DNA of 23,634 bases from Bdellovibrionota bacterium FG-2 (lineage in GTDB: Bacteria; Bdellovibrionota; UBA1018), in NCBI GenBank assembly GCA_051382305.1, contig JBBCAV010000384.1:1-23634 (forward strand), in the 5' to 3' direction. The notes below the pieces were generated by a model that did not search any database, was not told where the DNA came from, and was given only the letters and a program-made list of their open reading frames with translations. The translations under genes were made by a program, and so were the position numbers. How positions within the stretch are numbered: the first letter of the stretch is position 1; each line of letters begins with the position of its first letter. Below are positions 7,852 to 15,686 of the stretch, piece after piece.

Positions 7852-8381
7852 GTGGTTCTATTTTTATCTCGTGCATTACATATTTGCGAGACGTATTTTC
7901 AGGGGCTCGCTCGATTCTTGAGTCTTGTGTTGCGGCGATTCCTTATCTCTTCAGTGCCGGAGAAAATAGAAAAGAAGTAACCGAGCAATATCCTGATCCG
8001 ATTTCTTCGCGGACTGCGGACGATTTGCCTTCGCGATCTCGGGGGATTCTGTTTAATGATATCGATCGATGTACGGGCTGTCGAGAGTGTGAAAAAATTT
8101 GCCCAAATAGGAGCATATTCATCGAAACTCAGTCGGGATCTGACCCCGCTAAGATTTGGGTTTCTGTCTTTGATATTGATTTGTCAAAATGTGTCTTCTG
8201 TGGCCTTTGCGTTGATGTGTGTGTTCCTGAATCGATCGTGCATACCAAACAATATGAGGGGGCGGTCTATATCCTTGATGATTTGAAAGCAAGCTTTGGT
8301 CGCGGTGGGGTCACACCTGAAATGCAGGCCCGCTGGGCCGCGAACCGCCGGGCGAATGAGTCAGAAGGGGGGGGATTTTGA
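7848..8381 (+). CDS. nuoI: NuoI-like 2x[4Fe-4S] subunit, copy 1
   Basis: VTEQYP, CTGCRECEKICP and CVFCGLCVDVC (8 Cys). ATG at 7848 overlaps the nuoH stop (ATGA) and follows GGGAG, so it is preferred over the track's TTG start at 7773. Confidence 0.92.
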   Translation: MSGSIFISCITYLRDVFSGARSILESCVAAIPYLFSAGENRKEVTEQYPDPISSRTADDLPSRSRGILFNDIDRCTGCRECEKICPNRSIFIETQSGSDPAKIWVSVFDIDLSKCVFCGLCVDVCVPESIVHTKQYEGAVYILDDLKASFGRGGVTPEMQARWAANRRANESEGGGF

Positions 8382-8923
8382 TTTTAGTTGGATTTTCATT
8401 AGTAGCTGTTTTTTGCGCCATTTTTGCGGCCTTTTCGAGCGATATAAAGCGCGCGATTTTAGCCCTTTGGGTTTGTGGCCTTGGAATGGGGGCGGTCTTT
8501 CTCGGCCTTGGAATGGAGTTTCTTGCTGTAATTCAATGGATCGTGAGCACGTTGGTCGCGGTTGCCTTTGTCTTTTTTTTGGTCATGTTTGGTGAATTTG
8601 AACAAAGGATGGAAGGGGTTCCAAGAGAGCCTAAAAGAGTTCAAAATAAAATCGAGAGGGCCCTTCCCTTAGGCCTTGGTGCGGTTTTTTGTGTAATTTT
8701 TGTTATGGCCTTGGAACAGATAAAGGGGTCTGCTGAAAAGATAGATGAGATTCTTAAGGGTGGAGTGGTGAGTGGAGTCGATCTTTCTGTTTTTGGAAAA
8801 GTTTTTATGAGGGAGCACTTCTTGTCTCTTCAAGTCTTAGCTTTGATGTTACTCTTAGTGATTGTGGGTGGGGGTGTGATCGCACGCCCAGAGGCACCCA
8901 GGGACAATAAGGAGGGAATATGA
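8378..8923 (+). CDS. nuoJ: NuoJ-like subunit, divergent copy 1
   Basis: Five hydrophobic segments; EFLAVIQWIV (canonical xFLAxxQIxVY), FGKVFMREHFLSLQVLALMLL (canonical G..LF..YxLPFExxSxxLL); position between nuoI and nuoK. TTG start in a TTGA overlap after a G-rich RBS. Confidence 0.85.
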   Translation: MILVGFSLVAVFCAIFAAFSSDIKRAILALWVCGLGMGAVFLGLGMEFLAVIQWIVSTLVAVAFVFFLVMFGEFEQRMEGVPREPKRVQNKIERALPLGLGAVFCVIFVMALEQIKGSAEKIDEILKGGVVSGVDLSVFGKVFMREHFLSLQVLALMLLLVIVGGGVIARPEAPRDNKEGI

Positions 8924-9210
8924 TCCTCGCATTGCCCGGCATTATTGGTGGGATTGGTTTAGCCTGCATCATCTTTAGAAAAACATTATTGGGGGTTCTT
9001 ATCGGGGTTCAGCTCCTCATTCTTGGTGCCGTAGCAGCGGTAGTGATGGCTGGAATTGTATCGGGTCGACAGGTATCGGGCCATGTGTCGGGCGTTCTAA
9101 TATTTTTAAGTGGAGTTGCACTAGTTGCTCTGGGCTTTGCTTTAGCAATTCGGATGTTTTATTTACGGAGAAGAATTTCAATGTCTGAACTCCGCACTCT
9201 GAGACAATAA
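8920..9210 (+). CDS. nuoK: NuoK-like subunit, divergent copy 1 (both membrane Glu absent)
   Basis: 96 aa with three TM segments; RKTLL..IGVQL matches RRNxx..SIEL, ALGFAL matches AIGLAL, C-terminal ELRTLRQ. TAAGGAGG RBS at 8908-8915 and ATGA overlap. Confidence 0.82.
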   Translation: MILALPGIIGGIGLACIIFRKTLLGVLIGVQLLILGAVAAVVMAGIVSGRQVSGHVSGVLIFLSGVALVALGFALAIRMFYLRRRISMSELRTLRQ

Positions 9211-9213
9211 TTA

Positions 9214-11133
9214 ATGGAAGACGTAAATAACCTAAAAATTCTGAGTCTTGGGATCTTCGGTGCCATTCTTTTTGGCTTAAGTCTCTTTTTCCTGAAGAAG
9301 GAGTTTCAGAAATACACGAGATGGATTTTCTTTTTTGTTTTGTTGTTTTTTTTTGGCGTGGTGCTTTTTGTGGCCACCGCGCAGGATCCCATTTTTGCAC
9401 CCGCCGATTGGAGCCGGGGCTGGGTGTTGCCTCGTGATGCCTTAGGTGCGATTACAGCAGGCTTTCTGGTTGATGCTCAAGCTTTCCTGGGCTTGTTTTT
9501 CGCGACAGCCCTAACAGCACTCTTGGGAGGTTTCTTAAGTATTCGCGCCGATACGCCTTCTTGGGCGCGAGTTATTCCTTCTTTTTTGGTGAGCCTAGGC
9601 GGTTTTTCTATCAGTGTTACCGCGCTGACGCCCTGGATGGTCTTTATCGGGTTCTTTATTTCAGTTTTTGGTGGGGCGGTTGTTCTGGGTGCTAAATGGA
9701 AAACTGACGCAGACTCCATGTTGGGCGTTCGGTTTGCATGGGAGAGAAGTAGTGGTTTGTTTTGTTCGATATTTGGGGCTTGCGTTTTGGCGGCCACCCA
9801 ACCCCCCCTTCTCTTAAATCACCAGGTTGCGGGGGTCGAGCCGTTGGGCGGAGCCCTGCTTCTATTGGGGCTTTTCTCTCAGTTTCAATCTTTTCCGTTT
9901 TCGGCGCGACGATTAGCGCAACGTCAGGTTCCGTTGGTGGCCAGCGTCCTCGTTGCACAGGTTTTACCCGGTTGGGCCGTGCTCTTTTTCTTGGCGCGAT
10001 TCGAACCAAGCCTCACGGGGTCCACTATTGTTTTGGTTTACGGGTGGATCTCCCTCTTTTCTGCGGTCCTTTCGACCGGCGAAGGACTGTTTCAGTCTGA
10101 GAGTCCCAGAGGGATTACGATTTGGGTTTCGGCGGGCTTTGCTTTTGCTTCCGCTTTGTTTGCCTTTTCTGGAGCTCAGGCGGGTTTTGTTTGGGGACTG
10201 GGGGTCGGTCTAGGGGGCATTTCTCTTTCTCTTTTTGCCGAAAATGGGCGAGGCCAAAAAACGGAAAAGAAAACTGTAAACAAGCAAAACAACGGGCTTC
10301 TTGTTCTGATTTCGAGCTTCCTCTCCTGCGCGGCGGGAACGGGTTTTCTTGGTTTTGTCTCGAGCATCGGAGGGCATCAGTGGTTTACACAGGGGCTTGA
10401 AAGCGCGCCGATGGCCGCAAGTTTTAGTGTGGCTCTATTTTGTCTGGCTTTCTTGGGATGGAAGAACTTTTTTCAACTCAACCGCATACAGTCTGGCCCT
10501 ACCGTACCCTTGGTTACGGCTGTTTTATCTCTTTTTGTGGTAAGTCTCTCGTTAAGTGTTTTCTGGGACGGCACCCTCTTTGGGGGGGTTGTCTTAGAGG
10601 GGGCGGATTCTATCTTTCCATCGATTTTGAGGAAAATATTTATTCAGCTGAGGCCCATTGCGCAGAAAAGTGATATGGCGATCGTCGCTTCGGGGGGGTA
10701 TTTTGGGATCGCTCTTTTCGCTTTTTTTACAGCTTATTGGGGATTCGGACGAAAGCGCGACGTTTTGTCGGACGTAGCAAAGAAGTTTGTGCGGATGTTT
10801 GGAGTTGTGTCAGATGGATATGGGATAGATAGACTATTTGCAGGCGCGCTACGATTTCTTATATTTATAAGTGAGCGCCTTTACCGTAGAATTGATCAAG
10901 TGTTTTGGGGCCGGTTGTTGCCGGCGGGTTTTTCAAGAATTATTGAAAAGGGTTCACAGGTAATTACAGTGATTGACCTACGGTTCTTTGTAAGGTTGTC
11001 GGCCGCGCTGCGAGGAGCAGTTGAGCTTCCCGCTAAGGCCTTGCAGTTAATCCAGAATGGAAATGTGCAGTGGTATCTTTTTTTTGCAGTCGCTTCTGGA
11101 ATCGCAGTTTTACTAAATTTCTTAAAAGGTTGA
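9214..11133 (+). CDS. nuoL: NuoL-like antiporter-family subunit, extremely divergent copy 1
   Basis: 639-aa polytopic protein between the K- and M-like genes. Recognisable remnants: GFLVD (beta-hairpin/TM3), LGAKW...ER (IGxW...NR), AAGTGFLGFVS (GxPxxxGFxSK), and the NuoL-specific C-terminal lateral helix with GYGIDRL...IDQ...LQLIQNGNVQWY. Confidence 0.78.
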   Translation: MEDVNNLKILSLGIFGAILFGLSLFFLKKEFQKYTRWIFFFVLLFFFGVVLFVATAQDPIFAPADWSRGWVLPRDALGAITAGFLVDAQAFLGLFFATALTALLGGFLSIRADTPSWARVIPSFLVSLGGFSISVTALTPWMVFIGFFISVFGGAVVLGAKWKTDADSMLGVRFAWERSSGLFCSIFGACVLAATQPPLLLNHQVAGVEPLGGALLLLGLFSQFQSFPFSARRLAQRQVPLVASVLVAQVLPGWAVLFFLARFEPSLTGSTIVLVYGWISLFSAVLSTGEGLFQSESPRGITIWVSAGFAFASALFAFSGAQAGFVWGLGVGLGGISLSLFAENGRGQKTEKKTVNKQNNGLLVLISSFLSCAAGTGFLGFVSSIGGHQWFTQGLESAPMAASFSVALFCLAFLGWKNFFQLNRIQSGPTVPLVTAVLSLFVVSLSLSVFWDGTLFGGVVLEGADSIFPSILRKIFIQLRPIAQKSDMAIVASGGYFGIALFAFFTAYWGFGRKRDVLSDVAKKFVRMFGVVSDGYGIDRLFAGALRFLIFISERLYRRIDQVFWGRLLPAGFSRIIEKGSQVITVIDLRFFVRLSAALRGAVELPAKALQLIQNGNVQWYLFFAVASGIAVLLNFLKG

Positions 11134-11142
11134 GAGGGTAAA

Positions 11143-12657
11143 TTGAATAACCATTTTTTAAGTTTGATGATCATCCTCCCGTTGGCGGGAGCGGTTTTGC
11201 AAATGGGGATTTCGAAAAAAATGGCGCTCGCAGGTTTCGCGCGTTGGGGGGCATTGATTTCGAGCATCGCGGCGAGTCTGGTGGGTGTTGTTCTCGTTTT
11301 CTCCATGGACCGACAGACGCCAGACTTACAGTTTACAGAGAGTCTTTCTTGGGTAGGCTCTTATGCAATTCATTATGAGTTAGGTTTGGATGGTCTCAAT
11401 GCGCTTTTGGTTCTCTTGGTTTCAATTATTTTCCCTGTATTGCTTGCTGCTGAATGGAATCAAAAAACAGGGTTGCGCGGAATGCACGGACTGTTTCTGA
11501 TTCTCCAATGCGCCTTTTTTGGTGTGGCGGTTGCTCAAGATCTGTTCCTGCTATTCTTTTTTTGGGGCTTAAGTGCGATGCCCTTTTATTTCTTGGTGGG
11601 AATTTGGGGGGGGGAAGGCCGAGAAAGTGCCGCCTTTCGTTCGGTTGTCGCGTCCGCCATTGGAAATTGCTTTTTGTTTGCCGCGCTTATTCTCGTCTAC
11701 TACTCAGCGGATCCGCATAGTTTTTCAATAAGAGACCTTTCGGGTGGAAGGTTTTCTGGAAAAAGTTTTTTCTTTTTTGGACGGGAAATTTTGGTGTCGA
11801 GTGCGGCATTTGTTTTGATGAGTTTAGGGCTCGCATGTCGCGCGCCTATTTGGCCATTGCATGGGTGGTTTTCAAATGTCGCCAAAGAAGCGCCCCCTAC
11901 CGTTTTTATTTCTCTCGCGGCCGTAACGGTTCCTGTGGCTATCTATATTTTTGTTCGGCTCTCGTATAGTCTCTTTCCGGAGATGCTCTTGGGAACAGGA
12001 AATGTCATTGTTTTGGTTGGTGCCGCTAATCTCGTGATGGGTGGCATTTTTGCGGTCGCCCAAAAAGGCTTAAGGCTTTTACTTGCCTTCCTTTGTCTTA
12101 GCGGCGTGGGTCTTGCCCTTATTGGGGTTGGTTCATTGCAGTCGGCTGGGGTTGTTGGCGCAGTGTTTCACTTGTTGGTTTTTGGACTGGGCCTTTGTGG
12201 TTTCGGCCTGTTTGCGGGTGTTATCGCCTCCCGTTCCGGGCACTCAATGTTTTTGAAGGAGCAGCGGCAGCGCAGTTTTGGTGGCCTTGCCACGGTGACT
12301 CCCATGATCGCAGTAGTTGCGGGTGTTTTTATTGCTTCGCTTCTGGGAATTCCGGGCTTCGGCGGATTTGTTGGAAACGCGCTTCTGATCATTGGAAGCT
12401 ACTCCGTTCATCCTGCGATGGTCATTGTAGCAGGTCTGGCACTTTTGCTTTCTACCTATTTTCTTTTTACGATGTATCGATGTGTTTTTTTTGGAGAACC
12501 CAACACGGCGCTTGAGAATTTCTCTGATCTAACGCTTAGGGAAAAGTTCTATTTTCTCCCTCTGGTTGCGGGCTTGATTTTCGCTGGAATCTACCCCAAA
12601 CCACTTTTAGAGCTTGTGAGACCTACGGTTCTCACTTTACTGTCGACGATAAAATAG
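11143..12657 (+). CDS. nuoM: NuoM-like antiporter-family subunit, divergent copy 1
   Basis: YELGLDGLN, DLFLLFFFW..MPFYFLVGIWG, PIWPLHGW, FGGLA...P, SLLGIPGFGGFVG, DLTLRE, GIYPKPLL. TTG start after GAGGG. Confidence 0.92.
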   Translation: MNNHFLSLMIILPLAGAVLQMGISKKMALAGFARWGALISSIAASLVGVVLVFSMDRQTPDLQFTESLSWVGSYAIHYELGLDGLNALLVLLVSIIFPVLLAAEWNQKTGLRGMHGLFLILQCAFFGVAVAQDLFLLFFFWGLSAMPFYFLVGIWGGEGRESAAFRSVVASAIGNCFLFAALILVYYSADPHSFSIRDLSGGRFSGKSFFFFGREILVSSAAFVLMSLGLACRAPIWPLHGWFSNVAKEAPPTVFISLAAVTVPVAIYIFVRLSYSLFPEMLLGTGNVIVLVGAANLVMGGIFAVAQKGLRLLLAFLCLSGVGLALIGVGSLQSAGVVGAVFHLLVFGLGLCGFGLFAGVIASRSGHSMFLKEQRQRSFGGLATVTPMIAVVAGVFIASLLGIPGFGGFVGNALLIIGSYSVHPAMVIVAGLALLLSTYFLFTMYRCVFFGEPNTALENFSDLTLREKFYFLPLVAGLIFAGIYPKPLLELVRPTVLTLLSTIK

Positions 12658-12669
12658 AAGGAGGCGATA

Positions 12670-14151
12670 GTGAGAGAGCTTATTGCATTTCTTCCAGAGA
12701 TCATTTTGAGCATCACCTTGCTCTCTATTATTTTTGCTGAAATTACCTATCAGGGTTCGCGCGTTCGGTTTACGACACTTATTGCCTTGTTGGGTTTGTC
12801 TGCAGCCTTTCTTCAGACGCTCGTGGCGCTTAATTACGGACCGACCTTTATTTTTGGAAAAGTTCTCGTGATTGATGGGTTGTCTCTATTCTTTAATCTG
12901 TTCTTTACAGCCCTAGGGGCACTTGCAGTTATTTCGGCCGTTCAGGTCAAAGAAATCTCAAGATCCACGCGGACGGAGTATTGCGCTCTTGTTGTGGCGG
13001 CCTGCCTGGTGATGTGTCTGGCTGCCTCGGCGGCCGATCTTCTCCTTTTATTCCTGTCGCTCCTGTGTGTTAATATTGTGTTTTCGGTCCTTGCCGCATT
13101 TGGAAAAAGATCCATTCTTTCTATCGAGGCCGGGATTAAGTATTTACTATTTTCAGTGGTCTCGGTTGGTTTTTTACTCTTCGGAATCGCTCTAATTTTT
13201 GCCGCGACACATGAGCTAAATATTTACGAAATTCATCGCGCTATTCTTACTCATTCGGTCGACCCCAGAGTCATGTTTGTGACCTTTCTATTTTTCTTTT
13301 TTGCTATTGGTTTTCAAGTGGCGGCTTTTCCATTCTATCTATGGGCACCGGATGTAGTTGAGGGTGCGCCCACCCCCGTCTCGTCATTTTTAGTTTTGGG
13401 TTCGCGCGGGGTGGGTTTTGCGGTGTTATTAAGGCTCGTCTTGGTCCTGCTTTCCGAGCCGACCCAAGCTGGGGCCGCAGGGGGAGAACTTCGTCATTTG
13501 GTTGCTGATTTTGATTGGCCAAAAGTATTGGCAAATCTCGCGGGATTTTCAATGTTGTTTGGAGCTCTTCTTGCGCTACGCCAAAAAGGTGCAAAGCGAA
13601 TGGTGGGGTGTTTGGCAGTTTCTCAAACTGGATTTTTTCTAATGGCGCCTCTTGTTTTGGATCAGCAAGGGGTCGCTGCGTTAATGTACAATCTCGTGAT
13701 TGAGGTTTTTGCGCTTACGGGAATCTTTTTCGTTCTCTCGGTGTTTTATGACGAAATGCGTTCAGACCGATTAGTGGATTTCAAGGGGATCTTGGGTAAG
13801 GCCGTTTTGGAATGTATCTGTTTAATTCTGTTTCTTCTTTGTTTGGTTGGCATCCCTCCCCTTCCCGGGTTTATTGGAAAGTTTGCTTTGGTGGGATCTG
13901 CTGTGCAGCACGGGTGGATTGCTCTTGCGGCTATTGCGATCTTTTCGATGGGGGTTTCCATGGCGGCAGTGGCCCGATTCATTTATGCGATGATCTCAGA
14001 TTTTCGTAAACCTGTGGAAGCTGGGTTGAGGTTTGGTTTTAGGGGAAGAATGTTTCTGTTTTCGTTGGTGGTCCCAATGCTCCTTTGTGGCGGGTTTGCT
14101 GAAGTCATTTTTCAATGGGCTGGCAAGCATTTAGGTTCAATTTTATGGTAG
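12670..14151 (+). CDS. nuoN: NuoN-like antiporter-family subunit, divergent copy 1
   Basis: LPEIIL, IDGLS, TEY, SIEAGIKY, AAFPFYLWAPDVVEGAPTPV, KRMVG, GIPPLPGFIGKF. GTG start after AAGGAGG (12658-12664). Confidence 0.93.
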   Translation: MRELIAFLPEIILSITLLSIIFAEITYQGSRVRFTTLIALLGLSAAFLQTLVALNYGPTFIFGKVLVIDGLSLFFNLFFTALGALAVISAVQVKEISRSTRTEYCALVVAACLVMCLAASAADLLLLFLSLLCVNIVFSVLAAFGKRSILSIEAGIKYLLFSVVSVGFLLFGIALIFAATHELNIYEIHRAILTHSVDPRVMFVTFLFFFFAIGFQVAAFPFYLWAPDVVEGAPTPVSSFLVLGSRGVGFAVLLRLVLVLLSEPTQAGAAGGELRHLVADFDWPKVLANLAGFSMLFGALLALRQKGAKRMVGCLAVSQTGFFLMAPLVLDQQGVAALMYNLVIEVFALTGIFFVLSVFYDEMRSDRLVDFKGILGKAVLECICLILFLLCLVGIPPLPGFIGKFALVGSAVQHGWIALAAIAIFSMGVSMAAVARFIYAMISDFRKPVEAGLRFGFRGRMFLFSLVVPMLLCGGFAEVIFQWAGKHLGSILW

Positions 14152-14185
14152 CCGGCTGAGGTCTGTTGGGGCTATAAACGTCTAT

Positions 14186-14545
14186 ATGGCATACATTCCC
14201 GTTTTGATCTTACTGGGCCTTGGTCTGGCAGTGGGTGGTGCAGTTCTAGTTCTTACTCATCTTATTGGAACTGGTATTCCGAATAGGAAGAAGAACCAAC
14301 CCTTCGAGTGTGGTGTTCCTGGTATGGGAGATGCGCGACATCGGGTCTCTGTTCGCTTTTATCTCGTTGCGATCCTATTTCTCCTTTTTGACGTCGAGGC
14401 GATTTTCTTTTTCCCTTGGGCCTTGGTTTTTAAAAAGTATTTGAGCATCAATTCTTTTATTCTTCTGGAAATGGCATTTTTCGTGGCGATTTTTCTTGTT
14501 GGATATTTCTATGTGCTGCGGAAGCGCGCGCTCGATTGGGATTAA
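14186..14545 (+). CDS. nuoA: NADH-quinone oxidoreductase subunit A, canonical copy 2
   Basis: KNQPFECG, RVSVRFYLVAILFLLFDVEAIFFFPWA, YVLRKRALDWD. Confidence 0.97.
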   Translation: MAYIPVLILLGLGLAVGGAVLVLTHLIGTGIPNRKKNQPFECGVPGMGDARHRVSVRFYLVAILFLLFDVEAIFFFPWALVFKKYLSINSFILLEMAFFVAIFLVGYFYVLRKRALDWD

Positions 14546-14554
14546 GGAGCCTTT

Positions 14555-15070
14555 ATGTCTAAAGACGGATCAGCATCATTCTTTACTACCCGCTTTGAAG
14601 CGGTTTTAGATTGGGGACGCAAGAATTCTCTGTGGCCCCTTCCGTATGGAACCAGTTGTTGTGGAATTGAAATGATGTCCACGCTCTGTTCCGATTACGA
14701 TATGTCCCGCTTTGGAGCGGAGGTTGTGCGGTTTTCTCCTCGCCAGAGTGACTTATTGATTGTTGCTGGCATCATTACAACCAAAATGGCGCCTGTCTTG
14801 AAGACGGTCTATGATCAAATGAGTGATCCAAAATATGTGATGTGCGCGGGGGCGTGCGCGTCTTCAGGTGGTATTTTTAACGTTTATAGCGTCCTACAGG
14901 GGATTGATACAATGATTCCGGTAGATGTATATTTACCTGGCTGTCCACCTGCTCCCGAAGGGTTTCTGCACGGCCTTCTTCAATTGCAGGAAAAGATTGC
15001 GCGAGGGGAAACGCATTCACATCGAAAATTAGCAGAATTTAAGCGCGGCAATGCTCTGTCTTCATTATAA
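14555..15070 (+). CDS. nuoB: NADH-quinone oxidoreductase subunit B, canonical copy 2
   Basis: [49 protein letters not shown]. Confidence 0.97.
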   Translation: MSKDGSASFFTTRFEAVLDWGRKNSLWPLPYGTSCCGIEMMSTLCSDYDMSRFGAEVVRFSPRQSDLLIVAGIITTKMAPVLKTVYDQMSDPKYVMCAGACASSGGIFNVYSVLQGIDTMIPVDVYLPGCPPAPEGFLHGLLQLQEKIARGETHSHRKLAEFKRGNALSSL

Positions 15071-15091
15071 GGGCACATAGAGGATCACACC

Positions 15092-15658
15092 ATGGACGTA
15101 AGAACACCGATTCCAACAAACGGCGGCGAGGCGATCAAGAAATTCGGCGAGGCTTGGCGCAAGCAAATCGCGCTTCTTCAGGTAAAATTTTCTGCGGATT
15201 TGAAGAAAGTTCTGTTCCCAGGCGAGGCCGCAACAGATTTTCCCATCATTTATGTTTCCAAGGACAAGCTAATTGAGATTTTGAAGTTTTTAAAAAAAGA
15301 GGCGGGTTTTGAGTACGACTTTCTTGCGGACCTTACTGCGACCGACGAGGAGTTAGTGCCCAGGTTTGAGCTCGTTTACAATCTTTTTTCCACAACGCAC
15401 AAGCACCGTATTCGTGTAAAAGTAGCCGTTCACGAGGGGGAGGATGTTCCAACTGCTATCTCGGTTTGGCCGGGCGCAAACTGGGCCGAACGAGAAGTGT
15501 ATGATATGTTCGGAATTAAATTTCAGGGTCACCCCGATTTACGAAGGCTTCTCATGGATTATCGCTACGTTGGGCATCCGCTTAGGAAAGATTTCCCATT
15601 AAGGGGCTATCAACTATTTACCGAACCCCAAGAGATTGACCCGAAACTGTTGGATTAG
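15092..15658 (+). CDS. nuoC: NADH-quinone oxidoreductase subunit C, canonical copy 2
   Basis: LADLTATD, RFELVYNL, ANWAEREVYDMFGIKFQGHPDLRRLL, GHPLRKDFPL. Confidence 0.97.
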   Translation: MDVRTPIPTNGGEAIKKFGEAWRKQIALLQVKFSADLKKVLFPGEAATDFPIIYVSKDKLIEILKFLKKEAGFEYDFLADLTATDEELVPRFELVYNLFSTTHKHRIRVKVAVHEGEDVPTAISVWPGANWAEREVYDMFGIKFQGHPDLRRLLMDYRYVGHPLRKDFPLRGYQLFTEPQEIDPKLLD

Positions 15659-15686
15659 TGTTTTCTAAATAAAGGCACAGAATAAA

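Noticed and set aside
4269-14151. Copy 1 as a decaying pseudogene cluster
   Set aside because: No stop or frameshift in eleven genes despite deep divergence; overlaps, RBSs, promoter and Fe-S ligands are all preserved. Formal exclusion still needs dN/dS.
8920-14151. Mrp Na+/H+ antiporter operon, or a '2M' complex I with an extra NuoM
   Set aside because: No mrpE/F/G-like genes; exactly one L, one M and one N-like gene in set 1, embedded among nuo genes.
14120-14165. Sigma54 -24/-12 promoter upstream of canonical nuoA (TGGCAAG..., TGGTAG...)
   Set aside because: No TTGC/GC at the required -12 spacing.
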